Positions 28,485-38,688 of a DNA stretch of 64,000 nucleotides are shown here, piece after piece. The position numbers and the translations under genes were made by a program. The notes under the pieces were generated by a model, which was not told where the DNA came from, ran no database searches, and saw only the letters and a program-made list of their open reading frames with translations. Each line of letters starts with the position of its first letter. The first letter of the stretch is position 1. The stretch is taken from positions 64,001 through 128,000 of the forward strand of contig CAVZMH010000024.1 in the NCBI GenBank assembly GCA_963776345.1, read 5' to 3'. Origin of the DNA: an uncultured delta proteobacterium (GTDB lineage Bacteria > Myxococcota > Myxococcia > Myxococcales > Myxococcaceae).

Positions 28485-30271
28485 GCCCCGGTCGCTCCGC
28501 GGCGGTCGACGCGCGTCGGCCGGCGCCGGCTCGCCCAGGCGACGACGGCGAGGAGGGCGAGCGCCCCGCCCGGTCCGCTTCCGGTGCTGCTGCAGCCCGA
28601 GGCCCGGGTGGCGACCACGGTGGTGCTCGCGTCGCGGGCGGCCGGCGCGGGGCTTCCGCCCGAGATGTGGAACGCGACCGACACCTGTGACGGTGCGCCG
28701 CTCCTCAGGGCGTAGCTGGCGATGACCGTCTTCACCGCTCCTGCGGCGAGGTCCCCCAGGGCGCAGGGAAGGCCCCCCGAGCAGTCGAGCGACGTCGACT
28801 CGAGCACCAGCGACGGGTCGGCGCTGGCATCGAGCACCACCCCGGTGGCGGGGGCGCTCCCGCGGTTGACGACCTGCACGATGAACCGGGGGGCCCGGCC
28901 GCCGCTGAAGTCCGGTCCGAGCGTCGTCGCGCCGATGCTCAGCCCGGTGGGTGGAGACCAGCCCACGTCCTGCAGCGCTGCCGGGGTGAGGTCCAGGGTC
29001 CGCGGCAGGTGAGGGTTGATGGTGGGCTCCATCAAGAGGGGAGGCGAGGCGCTGGAGTCCCAGTGCCCCACGCTCGAGCCGTCGGAGAAGGCGCTGGGGG
29101 TGTAGAGCAGCACGTCCCCGGCGAGGTTCTCGCCGGCGCGCCGCCCGTCTCCGTCGACCAGCACCGTGGCGCCGCCGGCGTCGAGCACCGCTTCGAGCGT
29201 CGCGCCGTCCTCGTAGGAGATGCCCCACACCGGGATGGTGAGGTCGGACCCGGCGTCGCCGGTGTACGAGACCGGTCCGGCGCCGGGCGCACCGTGGCGG
29301 ACCAGGAGACCCACCGCGCCGGCGGCCTGCGCGTTCAGCGCGCGCTGGGAGACGAAGCAGACCAGTCCGCCGTCGGGCCGGAGCGTGCGCTCGGCGAGCA
29401 CCAGCGCGCCGGGGACCGGGACGATGGGGGCGCAGGCATCGACCGCGCTGCCGCCATCGCTGTCCTGGGCGAGCACCAGCGGGGCGGTGAGGGTGACGTG
29501 ACCCGGTCCGAAGCGGGCGCGGGCGACGGGGAACGCCCCTCCGTCCGGGAGCCGGAGCACCCCGTCCGTCTTGTCCAGGATCGAGTCCTTGGTGGCCCGC
29601 ACCGCGGGGCCGATCCAGCTCACGCCCAGGGGCCGCCGGATGGCCGCGTCGTAGTCGGCCGTGGAGAGCTGGGAGAGGAGGACACCGCTCGTGTCGTCGA
29701 GGGCCTGGTCGCGGAACGCGGTCGCCGACTTGATGAAGCCGAGCCCGTGCGCGAGCTCGTGCATGAACACCGAGGGCAGGTCGGTCATCCCGGTGGGCGC
29801 GACGTTGTCCAGGCCGGTGTACCAGTGGGTGACCGCGCAATCGGACTGGCCCACGCGGGAGTTGAAGCGTGCGTCGATCTCCTCCCGCCCCGGGTCGAGG
29901 TCGCGCCCGGCGCGCTCGTTCGCCAGCGCCGCCGGGAAGCGGCTGCTGTCGTAGAGCGCGGTCGGCCCGGTCGCTCCGAGCACCGCGGTGCCGCCCGAGC
30001 AGTCGAGGTCGGTGAACTCGGTGCGGATGGAGATGGGGACCTGGTTGCCGAGCGTGGCCGACCAGAGCGCGGCGGCATACTGGGAAGCGATCAGCCGCTG
30101 TTCGCCGATGCTCGTCCCCGGGTTGCCGCCCACCGGGACGGTGGCCGTGCGGTCGTTCAGGCCCTCGCCCGAGCCGTTGGCGTTCACGATGCGGATCTCG
30201 GCTCCGCCCAGGGCCGCCGGACAGACGAGCAGGCACGCGAGCCCCAGCGCCCGGACGCGGCGAGCGGTCAT
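28400..30271 (-). CDS. Second secreted PA-domain zinc metallopeptidase with MYXO-CTERM-like tail
   Basis: GLNDRTATVPVGGNPGTSIGEQRL, HELAHGLGF, CFVSQRALNAQAAGAVG, GSSVGHWD...LLMEP, SGCSST...LALLAVVAWASRRR; 3' end overlaps tatC by 85 bp. Confidence 0.88.
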   Translation of the reverse strand: MTARRVRALGLACLLVCPAALGGAEIRIVNANGSGEGLNDRTATVPVGGNPGTSIGEQRLIASQYAAALWSATLGNQVPISIRTEFTDLDCSGGTAVLGATGPTALYDSSRFPAALANERAGRDLDPGREEIDARFNSRVGQSDCAVTHWYTGLDNVAPTGMTDLPSVFMHELAHGLGFIKSATAFRDQALDDTSGVLLSQLSTADYDAAIRRPLGVSWIGPAVRATKDSILDKTDGVLRLPDGGAFPVARARFGPGHVTLTAPLVLAQDSDGGSAVDACAPIVPVPGALVLAERTLRPDGGLVCFVSQRALNAQAAGAVGLLVRHGAPGAGPVSYTGDAGSDLTIPVWGISYEDGATLEAVLDAGGATVLVDGDGRRAGENLAGDVLLYTPSAFSDGSSVGHWDSSASPPLLMEPTINPHLPRTLDLTPAALQDVGWSPPTGLSIGATTLGPDFSGGRAPRFIVQVVNRGSAPATGVVLDASADPSLVLESTSLDCSGGLPCALGDLAAGAVKTVIASYALRSGAPSQVSVAFHISGGSPAPAARDASTTVVATRASGCSSTGSGPGGALALLAVVAWASRRRPTRVDRRGATGAQVGVSAVSAEFRVRRRSMSQAATTPTS

Positions 30272-30606
30272 CGCTCCTCGTCGGGCGGCCGGACCAGCGC
30301 CTCCGCTCCGTCCTCGCTGTCCACGCACCCGACCCGGAGGGTGCCGTCGGGCGCGAGGTACCCGAGCACCACCGCGGTTGGCCCTGGCGTCACCGCGGCG
30401 CCGGACGAGTCGCGGGCGGTCGGCGTGGACAGGGCGTTCCGGGCGAGGTGGGGACGCACCAGCGCCCGGGCGGTGGACCTGGCCGAGGGGCCGGACTCCG
30501 GGGCGCCGGTTCCGGGGCCGCAGCCCAGGATGGCCGAGGTTCCGAGAGCCAGGAGGACCCAGCACGCGCGGGGACGGAGGATCGGCAAGCGGCTTCCCAG
30601 CATCAT
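30268..30606 (-). CDS. Small lipoprotein, paralog of 16283-16618, coupled to the second peptidase
   Basis: Lipobox ILGC; VVLGYLAPDGTLRVGCVDS motif; ATGA overlap with the peptidase start. Confidence 0.75.
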   Translation of the reverse strand: MMLGSRLPILRPRACWVLLALGTSAILGCGPGTGAPESGPSARSTARALVRPHLARNALSTPTARDSSGAAVTPGPTAVVLGYLAPDGTLRVGCVDSEDGAEALVRPPDEER

Positions 30607-30665
30607 CGGGGGCCCCCCTTCCCGGCAAGGCGTGGTATCGATGCTGAACAGAGGGTGACGGCGCG

Positions 30666-30875
30666 ATGACGACGGATGGCGCGAAGACCTCGCGGGAGCG
30701 GGCGAAGGAGATCGCCGAGCAGCGGCGGGCCGAGCGGCGGCAGCGGAAGCGCCACTGCGTCCTGTGCGGCGTGGAGGAAACGGACCGGACCCCCCTCGGC
30801 CCTCACCCGGACGGCGTCGGTCCGTCGTGCCGCGAGGAGTCGGCCTGCGTCGCCCGCAGGGCACGCTCGCTGTAG
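30666..30875 (+). CDS. Small basic protein with a four-Cys putative zinc-binding motif
   Basis: RERAKEIAEQRRAERRQRKRHCVLC...GPSCREESAC; GC-typical codon usage. Confidence 0.7.
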   Translation: MTTDGAKTSRERAKEIAEQRRAERRQRKRHCVLCGVEETDRTPLGPHPDGVGPSCREESACVARRARSL

Positions 30876-30927
30876 CTTTCCAATGCCGTTGCTCCCTCCG
30901 CGACATCGGAGGTAAGAAGAATCCCTC

Positions 30928-31140
30928 ATGGCCAGCGCCCCCTTCACCGGAGTGAAGGTGTTCTCGACGACGCTCGCCCGGGACCGGGAGACCATGGGTG
31001 ACAACATCACCAAGTGGCTCCGGGACAACCCCGGGGTCGAGGTGGTGGACCGCGTGGTGACCCAGAGCTCCGACAAGGAGTTCCACTGCCTGACCATCAC
31101 CCTGTTCTACCGGCACCGAGAGGCGGCTTCCCGGAGCTGA
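30928..31140 (+). CDS. Small conserved hypothetical protein (myxobacterial type)
   Basis: FTGVKVFSTTLARDRETMGDNITKWL...VVTQSSDKEFHCLTITLFY; strong coding codon bias. Confidence 0.8.
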   Translation: MASAPFTGVKVFSTTLARDRETMGDNITKWLRDNPGVEVVDRVVTQSSDKEFHCLTITLFYRHREAASRS

Positions 31141-31200
31141 TCGAACGCGGCGGGCGCGGGGGGGTTGCGCGCCGGCCCCGGGTCGGGGAGACCTCTGGGG

Positions 31201-31923
31201 ATGCGTCCCATGCGCCGGGGTTTCCGGCCCGTCCTTCCAGGTCTCCAGGGTGCCGCCGCGTGGCTCGCGGTCGCGCTCGTCGTCGGCTCGGTGGTCTTCG
31301 CGCTCACCCACGAGGGCGTGGGCGGCCTGCTTCTCCTCGTCCCCGGCGCGGTGCTCCGCGGGCTCCTCTGGCAGCCCCTCACCTACGGCTTCGTCGAGAA
31401 CTCGCCGATGGGCGTCATCTTCGGGGCGCTCATCGTCTGGCAGCTCGGCGGAGCGCTCGAGCAGACCTGGGGCTCCCGGCGGATGGCGCTGTTCGCGGTG
31501 GGCACCACGGTGCTCGCGGGCATCGGCACGGTCCTCCTCGCGCTCGCGGTTCCGGCGCTCCGCTCCCTCCCCTTCTCCGGCGGCTTCGTGATGGGCTCGG
31601 CGCTCTGGGTCGCGTACGGGCTCAGCTTCGGACGGCGGCAGACCAGCTTCTGGGGCCTGCCGGTGAGCGGGAACGTGTTCGCGCTGATCGGCGTGGGCTT
31701 CGTGTTCCTGAATGGGGCCTTCTCCAGCTTCTACCGGGTCCTCCCCGACGCCTTGGCGCTGCTGCTGACCTGGGCCTACTTGCGACTGGGTGGCCCGTCG
31801 GACTGGCTGCTCCGGCTCCAGGATTGGAGGCTGAAGCGGCAGCTCCGGTCCCGCAGCAAGCACCTGACGCTGGTCAGCCCTGACCGGAATACCCCGAGGG
31901 ATTCCGACCGTTTCATCCAGTGA
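31201..31923 (+). CDS. Rhomboid-like membrane protein (probably non-catalytic)
   Basis: LWQPLTYGF, QLGGALEQTWGSRR, about 6 TM; no GxSG or catalytic His evident. Confidence 0.75.
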   Translation: MRPMRRGFRPVLPGLQGAAAWLAVALVVGSVVFALTHEGVGGLLLLVPGAVLRGLLWQPLTYGFVENSPMGVIFGALIVWQLGGALEQTWGSRRMALFAVGTTVLAGIGTVLLALAVPALRSLPFSGGFVMGSALWVAYGLSFGRRQTSFWGLPVSGNVFALIGVGFVFLNGAFSSFYRVLPDALALLLTWAYLRLGGPSDWLLRLQDWRLKRQLRSRSKHLTLVSPDRNTPRDSDRFIQ

Positions 31924-32019
31924 GACGGTCTGTTTCACGACGGAATCGTTGAATCACGCGCGCGGGGGAGGCATCCAACGGCCCGCGTCTCAGCTACCCC
32001 TCGATTCCGGAGACACCCC

Positions 32020-32610
32020 ATGCGCTCGTTCGTTGCCCTTGCAGCCCTCGTTGCACTCCCCGCCGCCGCCTCGACCTGGGACGTGGACCCTGCCCACACC
32101 GAGAGCTCCTTCGTCGTGCGGCACATGATGGTGAGCAACGTCCGCGGTCAGTTCGGCAAGACCACCGGCGTCATCCAGCAGGACGACAAGGACCTCACCA
32201 AGAGCTCGGCGGAGATCACCATCGACGCGACCACCGTCGACACCCGCGAGCCCAAGCGCGACGCCCACCTCAGGTCGCCCGACTTCTTCGACGTCGAGAA
32301 GTTCCCGACCATCACCTTCAAGTCCACCAAGGTCACCAAGGGCGAGGGCAACAGCCTCAAGGTCTCGGGCGATCTCACCATCCACGGCGTGACCAAGCCG
32401 GTGGTGCTGAACCTCGAGTACACGCCCGAGACGCTGGCCGGCGGCAAGATGCGCCGCGGTCTCACCGCCACCACCAAGGTCAACCGCAAGGACTTCGGGC
32501 TGCTCTGGAACAAGTCCATCGAGGCCGGTGGGGTCATCGTCGGTGACGAGGTCACCATCAACGTCGAGATGGAGCTCATCAAGCAGGGCCCGCCCACCGC
32601 GTCGAAGTGA
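32020..32610 (+). CDS. YceI-family lipid/polyisoprenoid-binding protein
   Basis: Signal peptide; WDVDPAHT, VRGQF, RDAHLRSPDFFDVEKFPTITFKS, GDLTIHGVTKPV, NRKDFG. Confidence 0.95.
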   Translation: MRSFVALAALVALPAAASTWDVDPAHTESSFVVRHMMVSNVRGQFGKTTGVIQQDDKDLTKSSAEITIDATTVDTREPKRDAHLRSPDFFDVEKFPTITFKSTKVTKGEGNSLKVSGDLTIHGVTKPVVLNLEYTPETLAGGKMRRGLTATTKVNRKDFGLLWNKSIEAGGVIVGDEVTINVEMELIKQGPPTASK

Positions 32611-32620
32611 CGCGGGCGCC

Positions 32621-34840
32621 CTACGCGGCGTTGATCGACTGGACCCCCGCCCGGAAGACGTAGATCCGGGCGGTGTGCGTGCGGGTGTCGGCGGGCACGA
32701 GGAAGAAGCCCTGCTCGCCCGCGTCGACGTCCTCGGAGAAGCCGACGATCTGCCTGCCGTCGGCGAAGGCCACGCGGATTCGCCGCCCCGTCGAGGAGAG
32801 GGGCGCCGTCCCGGGCTCCTGCATGAAGAAGATGGCCTTCACCCGCTCGGCGGCGATCGCCTCGGGCGGCCGGCCGGGCTGGGCCAGGCGGATGACCGGG
32901 TCGAGCAGGTCCACGTCCTTCACCGTTCCGCGGCGGACCTGACCCTCGAGGGTGTGGAGCACCACGCGGTGCTCCCCCTCGACGAAGGTCGGGCTGAGGT
33001 ACGCGCCGCCGAAGACCTCCGCCCCCGTGGCCACGTCGGTCGCAGGGGGCGGGGTGGGCTCGGACGGGCCCGACTCGGCGTCGTCCATCACGTCGAGCGA
33101 CGCCGGGGTGAGCAGGAGGGACTTCCCCTTCGCGAACGGTCCGCTGCGGCCGAAGGCGGTGTTGAGCTGGGGCGGCTCGGGGCGCGCCGCGCTGAGCGCC
33201 GGGACGAGACGGCCGTCGTCGCCGAGGGCGAACGCCGCGGGGGGCGGCGGCGGTGGCACACCGGCCCCGGCTCCGGAGGCGCGTGACGCCATCACCGGGG
33301 CCGGAGGCGCGGCCGGCGCCCGCTGCGGCTCGGGCGCGGCAGGTGGCTCGGGCGCGGCCACCGGCGCGGCGACCGGTCGCGGCGGCGGTGGTCCGGGCGG
33401 TGGCCTGGGGACGGAGATCCGAGGCGCCGCCGGAGGGGGCGGGGGGGGCTCCGCCTCCAGCTCGGGCAGCGTCTCGAGCGCGGCCGGCTGGAAGGTCCCG
33501 GGCTCGGCCGCCAGCTCCGCCCCCGTCGCCTGGAGGTCCTCGGGGGCGAAGGTGGGCCCGTCGCCCTGGTCGTCGAACGCGAGCGCGCGTGGGTCCTGGG
33601 GCTGCTCGCCGACGAACTCGTAGAGCCCGGCGAGCGGCACCGGGTCCTCGGGCTGGCCGCCGAGCTCGGGCTCGGGGCCGCTCTCGCTCTCCAGCAGCAC
33701 CACGTCCGCCGAGGACAGCTCGATGGGGGCGGCGGCGTCGGCGAAGCCGGGCTCGCCCGAGTCGGCCACGTCGAGCGGCGTCGCTCCGAGATCCGCCGGG
33801 GCCAGCGCCTCCGGCGTGGCCTGGACCGCGCCCCAGGGGAGCTCCTCCGCGCCCGGAGGTGGCTCGGCCTCGGAGGCCTCGACGACGGCGTCGATGCGCT
33901 CGGCGAGGCTCGGGCGGTGGGGCGCGTCGGCGGCTCCGGTGTCCCCTCCAGCCGCGGCCTCGAGCGCGACGTCCGGAGGAACGGCTCCAGGCTCCACGGG
34001 AGGAAGGAGCTCGAGCGACGGTGCGGTGTCCTCGGGTGCCGCCAGGAGCTCGTCGGCGCCGGCCGGCGTCAGGGTCGCGCCCGGGTCGGGCAGCGCCTCG
34101 AGCGTGGGCTGGGAGGTGGGCTCGGCAGCGGCGAGCGGCTCGAGGTCCGGCAGCGTCGTCTGCAGGCCCGGGTCCGTCGGGGCCTCGGCGGCCGCCTCGA
34201 GCGTGGGCTGGGTGGTGGGCTCGGCAACGGCGGGCGGCTCGAGGTCCGGCAGCGTCGTCGTCCACTCGGCGGCGGCTTGGGTCTGCAGGCCCGGGTCCGT
34301 CGGGGGCTCGGCGGCCACCTCGCGCACGGGCTGGGTGGTGGGCTCGGCAGCGGCGGACTGCTCGAGCTCCGGCAGCGTCGTCGTCCACTCGGCGGCGGCC
34401 TGGGTCTTCAGGCCTGGGTCCATCGGGGGCTCGCCGGCCGCCTCGAGCGTGGGCTGGGTGGTGGGCTCCGCGACCGGCTGCCGGACGTCGGCTGGTGGAC
34501 TCACCGGCCCGGGAGCGGGCTCGACGCCGCGCGGTGGCGTGACCGGGGTCTCGAGGCGAGGAAGGGAGAAGACCGGCACGGGCGTCGGCCCTGCCGGTCG
34601 CGCGACCGCGGTCGCGCTGGCCGCCGTGACGGTGCGTGGGGCGTCGGCGGCTGGACCGGAGGGCGGAGCGACGGCGCCAGGCTGAGGGCCTGCAGGCCGG
34701 GCCTCCGCCGGTTCGGACGGCAAGCCCAGCCTCTCCCGCAACTCGGCGAGCCGGCCCCGCTCCTGCTCGGTGAGACCCTGCGTACTTCGCTTCTCGCTGA
34801 GGGAGCGCAGCTCGCGGATGGCCGCGCGCGTGTCGGACAT
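32621..34840 (-). CDS. Pro/Ala/Glu-rich protein with internal tandem repeats and a small globular C-terminal beta domain (DUF6982-like)
   Basis: Short N-terminal helix, long acidic low-complexity linker, C-terminal EGEHRVVLHTLEGQVRRG...RIRVAFADGRQIVG...GFFLVPAD. Confidence 0.75.
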   Translation of the reverse strand: MSDTRAAIRELRSLSEKRSTQGLTEQERGRLAELRERLGLPSEPAEARPAGPQPGAVAPPSGPAADAPRTVTAASATAVARPAGPTPVPVFSLPRLETPVTPPRGVEPAPGPVSPPADVRQPVAEPTTQPTLEAAGEPPMDPGLKTQAAAEWTTTLPELEQSAAAEPTTQPVREVAAEPPTDPGLQTQAAAEWTTTLPDLEPPAVAEPTTQPTLEAAAEAPTDPGLQTTLPDLEPLAAAEPTSQPTLEALPDPGATLTPAGADELLAAPEDTAPSLELLPPVEPGAVPPDVALEAAAGGDTGAADAPHRPSLAERIDAVVEASEAEPPPGAEELPWGAVQATPEALAPADLGATPLDVADSGEPGFADAAAPIELSSADVVLLESESGPEPELGGQPEDPVPLAGLYEFVGEQPQDPRALAFDDQGDGPTFAPEDLQATGAELAAEPGTFQPAALETLPELEAEPPPPPPAAPRISVPRPPPGPPPPRPVAAPVAAPEPPAAPEPQRAPAAPPAPVMASRASGAGAGVPPPPPPAAFALGDDGRLVPALSAARPEPPQLNTAFGRSGPFAKGKSLLLTPASLDVMDDAESGPSEPTPPPATDVATGAEVFGGAYLSPTFVEGEHRVVLHTLEGQVRRGTVKDVDLLDPVIRLAQPGRPPEAIAAERVKAIFFMQEPGTAPLSSTGRRIRVAFADGRQIVGFSEDVDAGEQGFFLVPADTRTHTARIYVFRAGVQSINAA
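34090..34475 (-). repeat. In-frame 123-bp (41-aa) coding tandem repeat, plus one 99-bp variant
   Basis: GGGCTGGG(T/A)GGTGGGCTC recurs at 34106, 34205, 34328 and 34451; peptide AEPTTQPTLEAA..P.DPGL.TQAAAEWTTTLP.LE. Confidence 0.9.
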
Positions 34841-35036
34841 CGTTCGAGGGGAGTGTACCGGGCAACCCGGGGGCGACGAAAGGAATGGGCAGGCGCGCGA
34901 ACGCACGGGTTGAAGCCGTGACGCAACCCTCCCACCTGGGCGACCGTCACCTACCTGCGCCTTGTGTCGAGCCCTGCGGTGCGCCAGAAACAGGTCGTCG
35001 GCCTAACGGCGCCGTTTCCCCACATCGGGAGTACCC

Positions 35037-37092
35037 GTGCCCCAGCAAGGAATCGAGAAGCTCGCCATCGACACCATCCGCACCCTGTCGATGGATGCGG
35101 TGCAGAAGGCGAACTCCGGGCATCCCGGCGCGCCGATGGCCCTCGCCCCGGTGGCATACGCCCTCTGGCAGAACGTCCTCCGCTACGACCCGGCGAACCC
35201 GACCTGGCCGAACCGCGATCGCTTCGTGCTCTCCAACGGGCACGCCTCGATGCTCCTCTACTCGGTGCTCCACCTGACCGGCGTGCGCCAGCTGGACCGG
35301 GAGGGACGGGTGCTGGACGCGCCGGCGGTCTCGCTCGACGACCTCAAGTCCTTCCGCCAGATGGACAGCCGCACCCCGGGTCACCCCGAGTACCGCATCA
35401 CCAGCGGCGTCGAGTGCACCACCGGGCCGCTGGGCCAGGGCGCGGCGAACTCGGTGGGCATGGCCATCGCCTCGCGGTGGCTCGGGCGCCCGGTACAACA
35501 GGCCCGGGCTCACGCTGTTCGACCACGACGTCTACGCCATCGTGGGCGACGGCGGCATGATGGAGGGCATCACCTCCGAGGCCGCCTCCCTCGCCGGGCA
35601 CCTCGCGCTGCCCAACCTCTGCTGGCTCTACGACAGCAACCACATCTCGCTCGACGGGAAGCTCTCGCTCTCCTTCAGCGAGGACGTGCCGAAGCGCTTC
35701 GAGGCGTACGGCTGGGCGGTCACCCACGTCACCGACGCCAACGACCTCGGCCAGCTGGGAAAGGCGCTCGCGTTCTTCAAGGGCCAGGGCAGGCCCACGC
35801 TCATCGTCGTCGACTCGCACATCGGCTACGGCAGCCCCAAGAAGCAGGACACCAGCGCCGCGCACGGCGAGCCGCTCGGCGAGGAGCAGGTCCGCGCGGC
35901 GAAGAAGAGCTACGGCTGGCCCGAGGACGCGCAGTTCCTGGTCCCCGAGGGCGTCCGCGAGCACTTCGCCCAGGGCATCGGCGCGCGGGGACGCAAGCTC
36001 CGGCAGGACTGGGAGGCGCTCCGCGAGCGGCATCGGAAGGAGTTCCCCGAGCTCGCGGCGGAGCTGGATCGGATCGACCGGCTCGAGCTCCCGCCGGGCT
36101 GGGACAGCGAGCTGCCGGTCTTCCCCGCCGACCCCAAGGGGATGGCCACCCGCGAGTCGTCGGGGCAGGTGCTGAACGCGCTGGCGAAGAAGATCCCCTG
36201 GTTGCTCGGGGGCGCCGCCGACCTGAGCGGCTCGACCAAGACCACCATCAAGGGTGAGCCGAACCTCGCATCCGGCGAGCCCGGAGGCCGGAACATCTAC
36301 TTCGGCGTCCGCGAGCACGCGATGGGCGCCATCGTGAACGGGATGGTGCTGAGCAAGCTGCGGGCGTTCGGGAGCACGTTCCTCACCTTCGTGGACTACA
36401 TGCGCGCGCCGGTCCGGCTCGCGTCGCTGATGGAGATCCCGGTGTTCCACGTGATGACCCACGACTCCATTGGGCTCGGCGAGGACGGGCCGACGCACCA
36501 GCCGGTGGAGCAGATCGCGTCGCTCCGGGCGATGCCCGGGCTCCTGGTGCTCCGCCCGGGGGACGCGAACGAGGTCACCGAGTGTTACCGGGTGGTGATG
36601 GAGAGCAGGCACCACCCGGCGATCCTGGTCTTCAGCCGACAGGCGCTCCCCACGTTCGACCGGACGAAGGTCAGTCCCGCGACGGGAGTGCGAAAGGGCG
36701 CCTACGTGCTGGCCGACGCCGAGGGTGGCAAGCCCGAGGTGCTGCTGATGGCCACCGGGAGCGAGGTGCGGCTCATCGTCGAGGCCCAGGAGAAGCTCAA
36801 GGCCGAGGGCATCCGCGCCCGGGCGATCAGCATGCCGTCGTGGGAGCTGTTCGAGCAGCAGTCGCCCGAGTACCGGGAGTCGGTGCTCCCCTCAGCGGTC
36901 ACCGCCCGCGTCGCCGTGGAGCAGGCGGCGACGTTCGGCTGGGCGACCTACGTGGGGCGGAGCGGGAAGATCCTGGGGATGAGGAGCTTCGGGGCGTCGG
37001 CGCCGCTCAAGGATCTGCTCCAGCACTTCGGGTTCACCACCGAGCACGTGGTGGCGGCGGCGAAGGAGCAGCTCGGGAAGAAGGGACGTTGA
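35037..37092 (+). CDS. tkt: Transketolase, apparent frameshift near 35488
   Basis: [31 protein letters not shown], then [32 protein letters not shown] in ORF 35542..37092. Confidence 0.96.
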
Positions 37093-37096
37093 GGCC

Positions 37097-37558
37097 ATGC
37101 GAATCGCGCTCGCCGCCGACCACGCCGGCTACGCCTTGAAGCAGCACCTCCTGGAGGTCGTCCGCGCCCTCGGGCACGAGGTGACGGATCTGGGCACGGA
37201 CTCCGAGGCCCCGGTCGATTATCCGGACTTCGCCGAGAAGCTGGGGATGGTCGTCCGCGAGGGCCGGGCCGACCGCGGGATTCTCCTGTGCGGGAGCGGG
37301 GTGGGCGCCTCGGTGGCGGCGAACAAGATCCCCGGGGTGCGCGCGGGCCTGTGCCACGACGGGTACTCCGCCCACCAGGGGGTGGAGCACGACGACGTGA
37401 ACGTCCTGGTGCTCGGGGCGCGGATCATCGGTCCGGCCCTGGCGGACGATCTGGTGACGACGTTCCTGGCCGCCCGTTACACCCACGAGGAACGTCACGA
37501 GCGGCGGCTGGGCAAGGTCAAGGCGCTGGAACGGCGCTGGTCGAAGGAGCAGCCATGA
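37097..37558 (+). CDS. rpiB: Ribose-5-phosphate isomerase B
   Basis: ADHAG, DYPDFA, CGSGVG, AANKIPGVRA, RHERR. Confidence 0.97.
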   Translation: MRIALAADHAGYALKQHLLEVVRALGHEVTDLGTDSEAPVDYPDFAEKLGMVVREGRADRGILLCGSGVGASVAANKIPGVRAGLCHDGYSAHQGVEHDDVNVLVLGARIIGPALADDLVTTFLAARYTHEERHERRLGKVKALERRWSKEQP

Positions 37559-38688
37559 ATCCACTCAAAGCGCTCGGAGAGCTGGGCCAGAGCATCTGGC
37601 TGGACTACATGCAGCGGAGTCTCGTCACCACGGGGAAGCTGCAGCGACTCATCGAGGACGATGGCCTCAAGGGCCTGACGTCGAACCCCACCATCTTCCA
37701 GAAGGCGGTCGAGGGCAGTCAGGACTACGACGACCTGTTCCAGGAGTGGGCTCCCCGCGGCGCGTCGGCCGGCGAGGTGTTCGAGGCGCTGGCGATCCGG
37801 GACATCGGTGATGCGGCGCGGATCTTCCGGCCGGTCTGGGAGAAGACCAGACACCGCGATGGCTACTGCTCGATCGAGGTCACACCCACCCTGGCCCATG
37901 ACACCCAAGGGACCGTGGTCGAGGCGCGCCGGCTCTGGAAGAAGCTCGGCGTTCCCAACGTGATGGTCAAGATCCCGGGGACGGTGGAAGGTGTTCCGGC
38001 GATCGAGCAGTGCGTCTCCGATGGTCTCAACATCAACGTGACCTTGCTGTTCAGCCAGGACGCCTACGTCGCCGTTGCCGAGGCGTACATCCGGGGACTG
38101 GAGAAGCGAGTCGCCCGCGGCGAGGACGTCTCGGAGAGCGCTTCGGTGGCGAGCTTCTTCGTGAGCCGGATCGACACCCTGGTGGAGAAGACCATCGCCA
38201 GCCGCGTGAAGGCCGAGCCCACCCCTCGGCAGAAGGCCCTCTTCGACGAGATCGCGGGCAAGGTGGCCATCGCCAACGCCAAGCAGGCCTATCAGAAGTA
38301 CCAGAAGCTGTTCTCGGGTTCGCGCTGGCAGGCGCTCGCCGACAGGGGAGCCAAGACTCAGCGGGTCCTGTGGGCCAGCACCGGCACCAAGAATCCCAGG
38401 TACTCCGACGTCCTCTACATCGACGAGCTGATCGGGCCGGACACGGTGAACACGATCCCCCCGGCCACGCTCGACGCCTTCCGCGACCACGGCAAGGCCC
38501 GGCGGACCCTGGACGAGGGGCTCGAGCAGGCGGATGCGGTGATGCGCAAGCTGGAGCAGTCGGGAATCTCGATGAAGGCGGTCACCGACCAGCTGGTCGA
38601 CGAGGGCGTGAAGAGCTTCGAGGACAGCTTCCGCCAGCTGATCTCCGCGGTGGACGGCCGACTGAAGAGCGAGGGAGGGCGGAAGTGA
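37555..38688 (+). CDS. tal: Transaldolase (long, family 2)
   Basis: GQSIWLD, GLTSNPTIF, NVMVKIP, NINVTLLFS, SVASFFVSRID, QRVLWASTGTK. Confidence 0.96.
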   Translation: MNPLKALGELGQSIWLDYMQRSLVTTGKLQRLIEDDGLKGLTSNPTIFQKAVEGSQDYDDLFQEWAPRGASAGEVFEALAIRDIGDAARIFRPVWEKTRHRDGYCSIEVTPTLAHDTQGTVVEARRLWKKLGVPNVMVKIPGTVEGVPAIEQCVSDGLNINVTLLFSQDAYVAVAEAYIRGLEKRVARGEDVSESASVASFFVSRIDTLVEKTIASRVKAEPTPRQKALFDEIAGKVAIANAKQAYQKYQKLFSGSRWQALADRGAKTQRVLWASTGTKNPRYSDVLYIDELIGPDTVNTIPPATLDAFRDHGKARRTLDEGLEQADAVMRKLEQSGISMKAVTDQLVDEGVKSFEDSFRQLISAVDGRLKSEGGRK

